Positions 38,011 to 52,034 of a stretch of DNA of 64,000 bases are shown piece after piece. The DNA is taken from NCBI GenBank assembly GCA_026770705.1, contig JANJGN010000023.1, forward strand, positions 26,660,001 through 26,724,000. The letters run 5' to 3'. The notes under the pieces are model-generated. The model saw only the letters and a list, made by a program, of their open reading frames with translations. It did no database searches and was not told where the DNA came from. Within the stretch, counting starts at the first letter, position 1. Each line of letters opens with the position of its first letter. A program made the position numbers and the translations under genes. Origin of the DNA: Isurus oxyrinchus (lineage: Eukaryota).

Positions 38011-38710
38011 CAATGAGGGTTAGATTGGGCCGAGTAGCACCTGTTTTCAGTTTCTAACCTTTTCCTTTCCCAGCCTGGAAACTTTTCCCTCCAAAACTCA
38101 CTTTCACAATGTGAGTTTTCCAGGAAGCTTCTCCCTTTAGTTAAAGCTAGACAAATTTTCCAGCCTTCTTTTAATTTGGTCTTTCCAATCCAAACATGAC
38201 CTCCCTACCATATTCTTCTGCATTGAACGATAGTGACTTTCAGCCTTTAGCTGTTCTCTCTTTCTCCCAGACTCTAGCAAAATTAACTTGTCTATGAACT
38301 TTCAAGGATACCTTAGAAACCCTTCCCCTCTTAAAGCCCATTTCCATGGCAATGTGAATCATATAGGCCTTGGATCCAGGTAGAAATGCTAATTAGCTAT
38401 CTTTGAGAACACAAAGCTCTTTCATCTTGCCATTAAATGGATGGTTTAAAGCGCAATTCATTACAACCTGACATTCTCAACACTTTTCTGGGACTTTGGA
38501 GACTCACAATCTATCCACTGTTAGCACACAAGCTGTTGCCATTGTCTTTAATTGTAAGTACCTTGCACCTGCTTCCCAGCAAAACTTTAATCCCTAGCAA
38601 TTAAACTGCCCAGGCTTGATGTCAGGCAGACTTCAGGACAGCTCACATGACCACCTTAATTTTACCTTATTAGTGTAAATTTGCTGCAAGCCCCTTAAAT
38701 TAAAGATGCT

Positions 38711-38900
38711 GGCCAGAATTTTCTAGCCCCTTATGCTGGTGGGTTCTTCCGGTGCCACCGATGTGAACGGAGATTTCAATGGCTCACCGGCCCACTGGGA
38801 ACATGCTGTGGTGGAGGGGGGGGTGTTGTGGGGGGGCTGGTTTGGGGGGGCGGGGGGGGCGGGGGGGCGGGGGTGCAGGGGGACTGGAATGTTCCAGCTA
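38711..38900. mobile_element. Mini-MITE of the 30506/31193 subfamily with expanded G tract
   Basis: GGCCAGAATTTT start; GTGAACGGAGATTTCAATGGCTCACC core shared with 30548-30575. Confidence 0.65.
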
Positions 38901-39337
38901 TTGTTTCAAAATATCTTATAAACCTCACAACTGTAACAATTAAAGATTACCCTACAGTAGGAAGGAATTAAAGGATGAGATTTGTAGATAAATTAATCAA
39001 TCATGCATCAATAATCAAGTTAAAATTGCAGATTTTATCCAAAATAAATTGCCTGAGGGGAAATATTTTTAGGAAGCTGGGAGGATTTTTCAATGTGCTT
39101 AGGACTATTATCTCAGTAAAGATATTGCTATGCGAAATAGGAAGGAAGCAATACTTGACCTGGTGTGGGAGCAGAAGCCAAAAGTAAGGAAACAATTTAA
39201 CTAGGTCCAGGTTAAAAATAGAATAGGGGAATAGAATAGAATTTTGAAGAAGTAAATTATAGCAAAATAAAAAGCAACCATTCCAAGATTAAATGGAAGG
39301 CAAGATTGGCAAAGAGTCATGTAAATTATATAAGTAA

Positions 39338-39996
39338 GGGCAGGATTTTCAGGTCGTCAGTTGGGCATGGTGGGCAGGCCCGGGGAGGGCCGTGAAATGG
39401 TCAACCACCCGCAATTGGTCCCCGACTGCGATTTCACGCTGGCAAGCCAACTAATGGGCAGCCAGCATGAAAGGCACGCTGGGAAGCTCAGCACTGCCGG
39501 GGTGGGGGCGGGAGATGTGCAGGCACTAGAGTCTGCGCATGCGCAGGGGAGTGCGCGCACTGAAAGCCCCCTGAAGGCAGGGAGCTGAAGAGCATTAAAA
39601 TCAAAAATAAAGACTCAGAAAATGTGAAAAACATGTCCCCACATAAGACTCACTCACATGAAATGTAAATGTAATAAAAATTATGTCAAAAAATGTTTTC
39701 TTAAATTAATGTTGGAAACCTCATCTCACCCGTGGATGAGTTTTCCTAAAAAATCCAAAGACCGCCTGGCCTATTCGCCCGCCCGGTCAGCGAAAAATAG
39801 CTTTTACTTAATTGATTAAAGGCCTTAATAGGCCTCTTAACTGTCAGCAGGCGTGCTGCTGACTCTCGCATGTGTCCTCTGACCGAAATATCACGCGAGT
39901 GTGCGTTAACATTGGGGCGCTCGCCCGTCATCACCCGCTATTTTACACCCGATTGGGTTGGGCATGTGCCCGCCTGCAAAACGTAAAAGCCTGCCC
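39338..39996. mobile_element. Harbinger-type MITE
   Basis: GGGCAGGATTTT / AAAAGCCTGCCC; perfect TSD TAA; GAAACCTCATC...GATGAGTTTTC hairpin. Confidence 0.88.
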
Positions 39997-40254
39997 TAAG
40001 AAACAGAAAGTGTGCAAGTCAAATATTTTCCAATAAACAATTAAGGGAATGCGTCGAAGGTTGTGCTTCCATGGATGACTGGGAGAATAGACCAAAGTTA
40101 AATGTAAAAAAAAATTAAGCAGTTAACTTACATGCAGATAGTAAAAGTGAAAAGTAGGACAGTATAAAACCTAGGGAGATTAAAAAGTTTAAGATGGAAT
40201 GTCAGGCAAAACTATCCAAAAGTAGCTTTTGTAGTCATATTAGTAAGAGCTTAA

Positions 40255-40388
40255 AAGGAAAATATTGCAGATGCTGGAAATCTGATATAAAACTAGAAAA
40301 AGCTGGAAAAACCCAGCAGGTCTGGCAACATCTGTGGAGAGAGAAACAGAGTTAATGTTTCGAGTTGGTATGACTCTTCTTTAGCCCT
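40255..40388 (-). mobile_element. Older Penelope pLTR fragment with decayed hammerhead-like motif
   Basis: TGCAGATGCTGGAAATC...CAGCAGGTCTGGCAACATC; minus strand reads CTAAAGA-AGAGTC-ATACC-AACTC-GAAACATT-AACT. Confidence 0.65.
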
Positions 40389-40926
40389 GAAGTACATATG
40401 CAGATGTATTACATTGAGGTTCCCGAATTCTGATGGCGGGAGACATGACCCCCCATCGATGGACTGAGTGGACGATCGCAAGCTGGCTTCACGATGTCGT
40501 GAAACCGATTTTGGCCTTCTCTCCACACTGTCTGTTCATGCCGCCCAACACACCAGACACCAGCGGGGATGAAAGATTCCACCCATAGAGTCACCAACAG
40601 TGATTCCTGGAGCTTTCTGTTTAAGGACAAAATATATGAAACAATTTAATCAAACTTTAGCTGAACAAATCACTGGGAACTGATAGTTAACATTGAGGGT
40701 CCTGTGGGATGCTGGGGAAGAAATAGAAAAGACTCGGGCTATAAATGAGCAAAATTCCGTGCAAAGGACAATTTGTGCCATCGGACTGGAAAACACAACG
40801 CCCTTCTTCCAAAAAGAAGACAGTGGTAAGCCAGGAAATTATAGGCAATTAGTCTTATTTCAGTTGGTGGCTCACTACCATAACCAGTAAAATGAACTGA
40901 AGTCACTAAGCACTTGGAGAAACTTG

Positions 40927-41618
40927 GGCCAGAATGTTCCCCTCGTTGGGCAGGCTCAGCGGAAGCGGGCAGGGGCGGTAGGGCAGCTGACTGGCACCTG
41001 CGATCGTCTCTGCTCTCCGCAATTTCACATGGGCGGGCCAATTAAGGCCCGCCCTGCATGGATCACGAGTGGCAGTGCTGAGCACTACCTGTGCAGGCAG
41101 GGGGAGGAGGGAGTGCTGGGCCTCATGTGCAGTTCGTGCGAAAGTGCGCCTCAATCTCCCTGGGGCACGGAGCTGCCTCAGGGAGATTGAAGCTCTTTTA
41201 AAAAAAATTATTAAAGACAATAAAATTTTAACGAAACATGACCCCTCATGTGATTGTGTCACATGAGATGGGACATGTTTTTAATGTCAAAAGAAAGTTT
41301 TTATTTAATTTGTGTTAGCTTTAGGAAACCTCATCCCGTTCATGGATGAGGTTTCTTAAAAAATGTAAAGACCACTTAGCCTTTTTGCCTGCCTGCCGAC
41401 CATTAGTTTGGACAGGCAGTGTAAATTTGAAGTTAATTAGCTCATTAATGGCCTTAATAGGCCTTTCAATTATTGGCGGGCGCGCAGCCGCCTCTGGCAC
41501 CCGCCTGCTGAACAAAATAGCGCGTGAGCACGTGATGACATCAGGACGCACACCCAACGTCATCGCGCATCATATTACGCTCATGCATGTCGGACACGCC
41601 GAACGTAAAATTCTGGCC
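40927..41618. mobile_element. Harbinger-type MITE (opposite orientation to 831-1445)
   Basis: GGCCAGAAT / ATTCTGGCC ends; both internal hairpins present (41234-41280, 41321-41359). Confidence 0.88.
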
Positions 41619-42726
41619 ATGAATTAACGAAGATCAATCAGCACAGGTTTCTAAAGGATAGGATACCTCTGACTAACCTAGTAGAATTCTGATGTAATTC
41701 TGTTCTTTTTCTTAAATTGCTGTATTAAAAGTAACCTAAATTTTTCAAGTGAACTGTTTTTTAATACAGTGAGCATTTAATAAATTGGTCTTTAAAATAC
41801 GTTGATGTAACGAAAGAAGCTGTTACATTTCATCCCTCCAAATTTCAGCAGAAGGAATATTAAGCTCACAAAGGCGTGCATGGAAATGCACAACATCCTG
41901 GATAAGTGAGCTGGGGCATATACAATGGTTTAAATATATCTTCCTTTAATCTACACCACCAATAAGCTTCATGCAAACCAAAACAGTTATTCTCCAGGGT
42001 CATACATTATCATGTCCATCTGGTAGTGTGTCACAGGCAGAGACTAGGTTTATTCCATTCAGTCGGTTACTAAGTGAAAAAAGCAATAGTGATTTTGAAA
42101 TGAAACAAATCTTGAAGAATTATAAAAACGAGATTTGAATGATTCCCCTGTGTTTGAAATGGAGTCCTTCAAGAAGACTTTGACCTATGATATTGCAGTA
42201 CAGTGATTGTTCCTCTTCAATGTTTAATTACAGTATGAGAATTTCACAAGAAGAATGGTAAACCTCCATTTTAAAATCATCATGCCATGTACAAACACTG
42301 AAATATGCAATAAAAGTTAACAGAACTCAAGAAAATGTTTATTCATATTTTGTCACAACATTCTTTCAGTTACCTTATATTGTGATATCTAAAGTATCAA
42401 CCTACAACTGCATAGATCTGTATAGCATCTTAGGGGTCCAAATATTGACAGAGCGTATGTTCTATTTAGGTTCAAGCTGCATGTTGAATCCTTTACAGGG
42501 AACTCACGAACCTGATGACATAATTATTCTTACATTATGTCTTTAGGAAAATACATTGAATTTAAAATGTGTGAAAAAGGGAAGGATTTCTCAACGGTTC
42601 CCTATCTGTGCGACATCAAAATCAATGTTGTTCAGCACTGCAAAGCCAACTTTGCATTATATACCTTTATTTTTAAATAATATCACCAAAATATGAGTGA
42701 TTAGATAGCAGATTATGGGCAAATCA

Positions 42727-43463
42727 GGGCTGAATATTTGGGCACCCCCGAGGTCAGGGAAGGAGGTGGATGGGCCTGAGAATACCCGGCCATCATGCTG
42801 TTTTCCTGACCATGTTCCTGGTGTTGGCCATTTTGTCCAAGGCAGCTCCCGGGCTGGCAGTGCTACCAGCCCCACAAAGTGGTGGGAAATTAGACTAATT
42901 AAGAGCCTTGTTAGCCATAGTTAAAGGAGAATAAGTGGGATTTTCTAGTCAGCCTCTAGTTTTCAAAAGCATTGTGAGGGGCAGTTTAACTGCCTGAAGG
43001 TGAGCCCCCAACAGTATGCCGAGATGGGGGAGGGGGGAAAGGTCAGAAGGGGGGCAGCACTCTAGGAAGGCTCCAACTGCCTTGATGTGGGTACAGTCAA
43101 AGGCTGCCCTGTAGAGATCACCCATTATTTCCACAGTCTTTGCTTGGCTGCTTTTTCTCTTCTTTACTTACAGCTTTTAAGGGGTTGGGGAGAGGGTACT
43201 TCCATGTTGAAGCGCCCTCTTAGTTATTTGCCCTTTACTGCAGCGTGCTGCTTCTCTCAAGCTGGAAGGCCTCTGATTGACCCTGTAGCTTCTAGGGCCT
43301 GCCTGCGACTGTTAATTGGATAGGGAACCTGTCTCCATTGCCAACAAGGGGGCGTCTCCATGAAAATCCCACAGTCATTGTTTCCCGTTGAGGAGCTGGT
43401 GCAGTTCAAGACCTGGAAACAGCCCTGACTTCTGTTTCCCACCCCAGAGGGAAAATTCAGCCC
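42727..43463. mobile_element. Harbinger-type MITE, second subfamily
   Basis: GGGCTGAATATT / AAAATTCAGCCC; 3' half homologous to 51640-51890. Confidence 0.75.
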
Positions 43464-44199
43464 CAGGCATTTGAATGGGCTGAATCTTTACACCTTGGTC
43501 CACAAATTGAAAACTTGGACTCCAGTATTAATCTCCTGTAGCCCATTATGCCTGATCTGTCCTCAACATTACAGTAGCACAATCCAGTCCAGCATATTAT
43601 CCAATAACATTGTTGGTCCTGAAATTCTGAGTCCCATGGTCTGCCCTGAATTTCATATGTTCGGGCAGGACCTGCACTTGCCCATGAGCCCAATACTAAC
43701 GTCATCAGAAATCTCACAGTCAGTGAATTAGAATGTTGCTGTGTGGGACAAAGATGTAAATTCTCCCCAGCCATAGGTCATTTATACTGAGAGATCTGGA
43801 AGATATGTGGTCACAAAGTACTGGATTAAGCAATTTAAGGCTGTGACTGTCATTTTTCAAGATGGACTGTCATTAAAGCAGAAATGGTAACCCCCTATCA
43901 ACATCAGAAACTGAACTAGACCAGCCATATAAATACTGTTGCTACAAGAGCAGATCAGAAGCTGTGAATTCATTATAGCCTTGGAGAATTCTGCATACCC
44001 TTTGAAGAAACATTTTTTCTATAGGGATCCCATAAGACAATTGATACAAATTCTCCAGTAGTTGTCAAAAAAACTCATCCATGATTCAAAGTAACAATCA
44101 TTATGTTATCATAAAGGAGAAGATTGCACATAAATTATGGGAAGTCCAAGCTATTGTTATGTCAATAAGGCAACAAAATCTAAAACTGTATATATATAA

Positions 44200-45310
44200 A
44201 CATTTTTTGTTGTTGCTATTTTTAAAATGAACTTTCTGCTGAATCAAAAAGATGGCTGCTACAAATCACATGACCACAGGATTGGCTCTTTGTTCTGGAA
44301 GCTACCAACAGCAATTACAAGAACAAAAGAATCCTCTTTACATCGTCATGGAATCTCACAACCAATTGTAAGGACATTATAATCACAAAGCCAGGGGACT
44401 CACAGATCGAAAATTATTATTCCTGCAGAGTTGTTAACAGACCCATCGCACACTTGGGACCACCCAGGTCTATTTCAAAGGTGAGCCATTGAGGGGACAA
44501 TAGATGTAATTTGCATCTTGATAAACTTACCTCTCTAGCAGAGTCAGGGAGTCTGTCTAGATAATAGCTTCCAAACATGAACCTCAATATAGATGGTAAT
44601 TCTTTCAAAAGTTAATGGCTGGGATATTATCACTTCTGAAACCAAAGCCAGTCCCTTCTGACATCATTGTGGAGAAAGAAGGTCACATGACTTGAGTGAC
44701 CATTTTGAAATCTCTTTATTGCTTTGAAAACTGAGAAACCCTCAGACTGCTGCTTTAACACCAGCCCAGGAAGAATGCCAGCTCCCAGCTGACCATGCAG
44801 TTGGCCATCATTTCTCAACTCCTTAAAGACTGTTTGACTTTAAATTCCTCTGATCATCGCCTGCCAAGCAGTCTAAACGTAGAAAGCCCACTGTGCTGCA
44901 GCATCATTTGTTTCAAGGACTTTCGCGTTGTTGTCTCCAATCAGATACTTGTCTGGACTCATCCCCGCCATGAAGGAAACGCCCTCTTGACTTTGACTTC
45001 TCAGACTTTGAAAATCAGGTGAACTAGTAGTCATTTCTGTGGTTCTTTTATTGTTGTTGCCCAAAACTGTAAATCTTCCTCTTTTCTATCCCCCCTTACT
45101 ATATATATATGTGTGTGTGTATGTGTGTGAGTGTGCGTGTATGCACTGTGTATGTGGGAAGTTGCAAACAATTCCACCTCAGGTTTAAATGTGAACCAAC
45201 TAACATTCTGAGTTAATTGTAACATGAGTTTGCTGCGAGTTATTGGTAAATTAAATCATACAAACTGAGGGTTTGGGGAAACACGCCACAGCCTACTTTA
45301 AAAATAATTC
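44200..45310 (+). repeat. Possible solo LTR relic
   Basis: LTR-like organisation (AAGATGGCTGC/CACATGACC motifs, internal (TG)n tract); boundaries and TSD not resolved. Confidence 0.3.
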
Positions 45311-46024
45311 AAAAACACTTCTGCTTGTGGACAGACAGGGAGAGGATAAAGAAGTTCAGCTTCTCTCCCTCCTGCCATAACACTATCAAAGGAATACCAA
45401 GAGATATGTGGCCATTATAATTCCAGCAGAAGAAGGAATCAATTGAGATACTGGAATCCCACTCAGCTGAGTCAGTGAAGAAAACAGACAGGAGGGATTG
45501 CATGGACATCCTCCACCCAGAGTTGACAATGCACACTAACATTCAGACAATCCAAGCTGATTTCCATTTTCTGATATTCATACTCTGGGAAGACACTTCC
45601 ATAAGCACTAATGTAAGAAAACAACAGCTAGCATCAAACCATTTTATTTCTCCATTGTGAAGTGGAAGCAGATAAGGAGCAGAGAGATAACATAATCCAA
45701 TGATAAGACCCTCAACAGAATGGATGGCCAGCAAGAATGCCCACACCATTTACCTTTTCACATGCAACAAGAAGGAAGCCAGAGGTAGTGGAAGTGGACA
45801 AAGTTGTTCCAGTGGTGGCTAAGGGAATGTCAGCCTTGGAGAAGAAAATTTGAGCAATGATCTCAGGATCCTGCTATAAAAAGATTGTATTCAAGCATTG
45901 AAAGCACCACAAAGCTTCACTCAAAATGTATAGCAGTTGATAAGCATTGCTGGCAGAGTCTAATGCTTTCCTATAAGGCAATGTCAGAGTGGGATTCTCA
46001 ACAATGCCTGGACCAAGTGACAGA

Positions 46025-46460
46025 TATGAACATACAAGCATACACATTGGCAGCAGAAGTAGGCCACTCGGCCCCTCAAGCCTACTTCACCATTCAATAA
46101 GATCATGGCTGATCTGATTGTAACCTCAACTTCCCCTACCCCCAATAACCTTTCACCCCCTTGCTTATCAAGAATCTATCTAGCTCTGCCTTAAAAAAAT
46201 ATTCAAAGGCTCTGCTTCCACTACCTTTTGAGGAAGAGTTCCAAAGACTCACAATCCTCTGAGAGAAAAGTATTCTCCTCGTCTCTGTCTTAAATGGGTG
46301 ACCCATTATTTTTAAACAGTGACCGCTATTTCTAGATTGTACCACAAGAGGAAACATCCTTTCCATATCCACCCTGTCAATACCCCTCAGGACCTTGCAT
46401 GTTTCAATCTTTCCTCATGAGACAACCTGCCCATTCAGGTATTAGTTTAGTAAACTTCCA
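46025..46460 (-). mobile_element. CR1 LINE 3' fragment
   Basis: Minus ORF 46136-46372 (RMFPLV..SRNSGHCLKI..FSQRIVSLWNS). Confidence 0.85.
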
Positions 46461-47754
46461 CTAGTGTAATGATGTAATGATCTTTGCTTATGTTCCACAC
46501 ACCTACACCTTGCAGACTTGACTCATCAGATCCAAAGTACAAGTTTTGTCTGGTCACAGGTCGGTGGCAATCAATATCCTGATTCTATGGTCAGTGGGAA
46601 GGCGGGATATGGTTATGAGTCCCCTCAGAACAGTAAGATTAGAGAGTTCTTTGTTCACTTTCTTCAGATATCTTCATAGGAGGAAGAAAGCAAGATTCTA
46701 TCCGGGACACCATTTACTCTCAAGGGATACCTGAAGTAGTCAAAGCAAGTTAGGAAGGACATTTTTCATGTTTACTATATAAAGGGTCCATTTCACAAAG
46801 ATGAAATAAGAGAGCCAGAGTTTTCAACCAGAAAATTACTATCATCCTTGATAAAACAAATCTGAAATTTAAAAAGAATGTTATTAAATCATTAAGAAAA
46901 TTTTAAGCAGATTACACGTCTGTGACACACCTGTAGAAAAATGTTCACATTCGCCCAGCACATCGCTTTGCCAAGAACATTGAATTTCAGTTCCAAATTT
47001 TAAATGGAAAAAAATAACAGGCAATCACACAACACGGCTTCCCTCCTTTATTTTTCTTTAATAGGCAGCCTTAATCCAATTGGAGATTTGCAGGCCCATG
47101 TTTTTGAGGGCTTATGATGCATAAACTTATTTATATTTATGAGAGTAGTTGATGGGGAGAGAGCTGCACATTTGACATCTCCTGTACACCATTTGTGTAA
47201 AAGTACTTCAGACTCTTTTACATGAACCTTTCCACATTTTTAGCGGCTACGGCAGAGATCTGCATTAATCTGCCTCCGGGAGTTTTTTGTGCTAAATTAC
47301 TTGAATACCACTGGCACTGAATTTAAATATGTTAAATTCAGTCCTTAACACCTAGCTCAGAAAATGGGTGGGGCAAGGTAAAGTGGAAGGTGTCAACTCC
47401 TTATAACCATCAAACTTCAAACAGGCCCAGACTTTACAGCAGAAATTCCTTGAAAGATCCTATCTGTACTGCTCCATTACTTAGAGCAGGAGCCATATAG
47501 AAAATAATTGTACAGCAGGCCTGTGCCAATTAGGAAAAATATTTAGACTCACCCTATTGTGTTCTCACACGCAGGCCTCACAGCCACCCTCCACAAATGT
47601 TGTCCTTCCCTTCCATCCACACAAGGCAATTATAACACTCAGAACTCTCTGCTTTCTCTTCTTTCAGGAGAAAAGAGCACACAATCTTGGGGAAATGCAG
47701 GAACTCAGGTGGAGCTGAGAGGCAGGGGTGGTGACAATCCAATGACAGGAACCT

Positions 47755-48567
47755 TTTGGCCACTAGCAATGCTTACCCATCTGACCCACTGGGGACGAGT
47801 TCTTGTTCCAGAATGCTGCAGGTTCAGTAATGATCTGCTGTGAATATCTGAGACCCTGAAACACTGGCACTCACACATCTCGAGAGAGCTGATTCTCAGC
47901 CTGTAGGCCCTTTGTTAGGGGGGATTTTGCCTTCTTGGAGCTAAATCTCTGTATCCATCCCCTCTGTCCTGTAGACTAGTATGCGGCTAAAGAGAAGGCA
48001 ACTGGTGCTGCTGCTGATTTTGGTGGTAGTGCCAATGTTTCTTTGGTTCTTTATCAGAGGTGCAAGGTGGAATTGCATAAGCTGCTCCCATGTCAAGGTG
48101 AAGGCTGGCAGCAGGAAAGTGCAGCAGAAGGTGTGTGACATGCAAGACAGATGAAGTGAATTCAGCAGCCTCTCACCTGACCATGGCTGGAGCTCTTCAG
48201 TTTCATAACTGATCAAAGGCTTCCCACCCTGTCAGTTTCACTGAAGAAGCTCTTCCCATTGTGTACTTGCCTGCTTGACCTTGCTGAGTGCTGATAGCTC
48301 AGCAAATAAGACTGCTAGTTGTTAAAAGCCAAAATGAAGGGTTAACTTGAAATGAAGGATTACCTTGCTGATAGTCCCAAGGGAGGGTTCCCCATTTACC
48401 TTCAAGTCCACGAAGGTGAAACCGGAAAGGCGACAGGTGATGTCCAAATCTCAGCAACATGACATCGCTTTTGGGGGATTTAACTCCTCTCACGCACATC
48501 CAAGCCTGCCTCCCTGAGGCAGATAAAACTCCCCCCATTCACTTACACAGAGTTAAAAATCGGGCCC
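47755..48567 (-). mobile_element. Harbinger transposon relic: TIR + 5' part of transposase
   Basis: End AAAAATCGGGCCC; minus-strand peptide AYRLRISSLEMCECQCFR...SILEQELVPSG; homologous to 36480-37080. Confidence 0.6.
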
Positions 48568-49457
48568 TGAAACCCCACCAATTCTCAGCAGGTGAACTTT
48601 GCTGCTTTGAATTTGTTAGAAGAGTACATTATGGTAATCGAGTGTTACAGGGAACAAACCCACCCCGACATCTATCCTGCCCACAAAGCTCTTCTACCAA
48701 AAGATAAAGAATGACATTGACTGTTATCAAAAGGTCCATCGGCGTAAACAGCTAATCCTCTAGTTGAAGGAGGAAAGCATTGAGGGAGGTGGACGACAGA
48801 AATGTGAACATAATTGAGAGCAAAACAATTCTATAAAAGATAACAATATTCCATTGTGAAATCAGTAATAATCATTAGTTAGTGGCTACCAAATATTAAA
48901 CATCACTTTTAATTCAGGTCATGCTTCTATACATCATTTTTTGGGGTCTTTCATGTCATCAAACTAAATTGGTTTTTGCAGCACATTTTTCATTCATGGG
49001 AGACTGAAGCAAAATAGTGAGTCTCTAGGTTTTTGAGCTGGAAGCATAAATCTATGTTTGGCAAGGAACTTCAAGGAAGGAGGAGGTTCTGAACATGAAA
49101 GAAAACCATTTCCTCTGGATTCCTCATCTGGTGGAATTTGGCCTCCAGGCCTGTCTAATTATCTGGTGCTGCTGTTTTAATAGTAAGGGCCGCAGTCTGT
49201 AGATGAGACAGAAGAATAAGGCCGTAGCTGTACAAATAAAGTCCCAAGGATTAAGGAAAAACTTACATACCAAATGTTCTTGTATGTTTACTCTGTTAGC
49301 TTAAAACTAAATATAACCTATTTTGCTTTAGCCATAAACATGTTCTACTTAAAAATAAGTTTGTACTGTGCTTTTTTTTTAAAGGTTAGCCCACACTTTA
49401 TTTCTGTTAAAAGTAAGTTAAGTCCTTTCGAAGCAAGCATCTTACTGCTGTCACCAT

Positions 49458-51217
49458 GGGCTGAATTTTCACCAAACCGGGATGAGTCAGCAGCCCTTTA
49501 AAAATGGCTAGTGAGTCCAGATTCTGGGATTCCCAATCCCATTCCCAGGGTTTCCGGTTTTCGGGCAGAATTTTCAACTCGTAGCCCCTGCCAAGGCAAT
49601 GGGATCAGTAGTGGGTCAGGTACCCAAATGGTGAAAGAATGGGCCTTGCCTTGGTTGCTTAATTGAGCCATGGCATCAGCATCCCACTTTGGGTACCCCA
49701 ACCAATTAGAGAAGATGTGTGGGACCATGTGCTGGGTGTTTCAAAGGAAGGATTTCTAGTTAAAGGGGCTGTGGCAGGGATCAGAAATGCTCAATTATGC
49801 ATGGATCTTTGAGACTGCAGTATAGGAATGGAGAGGAGACCTGGGTTGGCTGCTCTCTAAGCATCTCATTCTTATCTGGAGGTCTTTCTTCAGGATGAGA
49901 GGGACTTCAGTGAAGTGAACTTTCCCAAAGACAGGAGGAAGAGAACAGCCTCTGCAAACAAACGGGTGTGCATGGAAGTGACCGAGGAAATCAGAAGCTG
50001 GCTGTGGTCCTTTCAACTGTTACAGGTGTGGGCTGGCTTGTGTCACAAACCCGCACCCTGCATTCCCAAACTGTCTGGCTCCATTGCAGGGACAGGCATT
50101 TCCTAGTCCCCTGCAATTTTCATGGAGTCAGCCCAGCTTTTCAGAGTCATGGTTCATGGCACCTCAGATATGTCGTAAACCATTGTCTGTCTGATGGAAC
50201 CTTTTGAAAGGTAAGTTCAAAATGTCCTCCTCATGCTCCCCATGCCAAGATAAGATCCTCCAACTCCCACCCCCCTCCCGCGCCACCTCCCCCCCCCCCC
50301 CCCGCCCCCCCCCACCCCACCCCCAAAGTCTCTCATGCTCCTATGCTAAGGTATGCCTCCTCACCCATCCCCCTTGGCCCTCATGTCCCCACCCCCCCAA
50401 GCCAAGCTATGGCACTTCCATACCCACTCACCCACTATACATTGTATAGAAGCAATGAATCCTATAGTGACAGTCGGATATATAATAAACACTTTTAAAA
50501 AGTCATTCATTGATAACTTTCCACTTTCATACAAAAAAATTCCTTTTGCTACAGCCCAATAAAAATGCCAATCATCCAGACCCTTTAAAGTATCATAGCT
50601 GAAACTGCAAGCACTTGAAATCTCTTTATCATGTGTAAATAAACATTGTGAAATTGACAGCATCTTTCAAGAGCCAGAGCTGTCACTCAAGCAATATTTT
50701 CCCTGGGGTTAGTTGCCCCAACTGGCAAATGGATTTCTAGGCTCTCAGCTAAGCCTCATAATGCATTCTTGAAGCATCCATTGTTCTTATACTATGTATA
50801 GGAATGGGTATAGAAGAACCATAGCTCAGAATGAGAGCACGAGAGGCCATTGGAGTTGTTTGGGGGCATAGCTTGGCATGGAGGCAGGAGGGGCCATAGG
50901 GGGTAGGTGGAGAGCATGATGTGGCATGGGAAGTGTTGGAAGCTGAGGGGGTGTGAGGTCTGAGGGCTGGAGGACTTTCTGTTTTTATTCTAACAGGGTC
51001 AATGGCCTACAGCACTAAGGTTGGCCTTTTAAACAGCCTGCGCGGCACCTGACAGCCCCTATAGCTGCCTCCAAACTTTTTTCCCAGGTTGGCTGGCCTG
51101 GCTACCTCATAGCTGCCCCCCACTCCTCACCCACCTCCATCCACGTAATGAAAATCCCGTCCTTATGGAGAATTTTCCTGATTTCCACTGCCCAACTTGA
51201 GGATGAGAATCTAGCCC
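49458..51217 (+). mobile_element. 1.76-kb non-autonomous Harbinger element retaining a Myb/SANT-like ORF relic
   Basis: GGGCTGAATTTTC / GAGAATCTAGCCC; flanks CAT/TAT; peptide FPKDRRKRTASANKRVCMEVTEEI (49915-49995) resembles the Harbinger Myb/SANT-like protein. Confidence 0.6.
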
Positions 51218-51245
51218 TATGTGCTCAGTCATCTAAAGGGACTTT

Positions 51246-51890
51246 GGGCTGAAATTTTGGTCCTCACTGACATCTGGAATGGCGCTGGAAGGAGCCCGCC
51301 AATGATTATCCAGTTGGCTATCCAACACTGTTCCCGATGGAGACTATTTTGGCTGTCGTGGGTTTGGGGTATTTGAAGGCTGCCCACCATCACAATCTTT
51401 GACAGCCCTGTTAAAGGTAGGTCATGGAGGCTGACAATGCGACAAAGGGTAGATCAACTGCCTGGAGGCTGGCATCCAGCAACAGGCACTGCAGGAAGGC
51501 TCACAGCCCTTCCTGATGCCTGGGTAGGGACACAGCCATAGGATTTCCTGTAGAGGGCCCCTCCATCACCACTGTGGTGGCCTGTCTGCTTTCTATATTT
51601 TTAAATTAAAGTTTTAAAAAGTGGCTGAGAGAGCACCTTCTTGTTAAAGAGTCCTCCCAGTTACTTAACTGCAGCCAGGTGCTTCTCTGAAGCTGAAAGG
51701 CTTCTCATTGGTCCTTCAGCTTTGAGAGCTGGTCAGCTGCCTTTAATTGGACAGGGAACCTGTCTCCAGGTCAATTAAGGTCTCACCCAAGTGAAAATCT
51801 TAGCTTTGATCAGTTTCCCACTGGAGGCGGGTTTGGGACCTGAAAACAGTTCCAACTCCTGTTTCTGCCTCGGTGGGGAAAATTCAGCAC
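51246..51890. mobile_element. Harbinger-type MITE, second subfamily
   Basis: GGGCTGAAATTT / AAAATTCAGCAC; TSD TTT; homologous to 42727-43463. Confidence 0.75.
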
Positions 51891-52034
51891 TTTGTGTCTT
51901 ATTTTTTGCATGATTTTTGAAAGAAAGGGGGATTGAAATTGCTGAAAAAAGACATTTTTTTGTAGCTTTCTGACTTGTATTCATCAGGACAATTGTAAAA
52001 ATACTAATATCAGGGGGAAGCAACAACTTTATAC

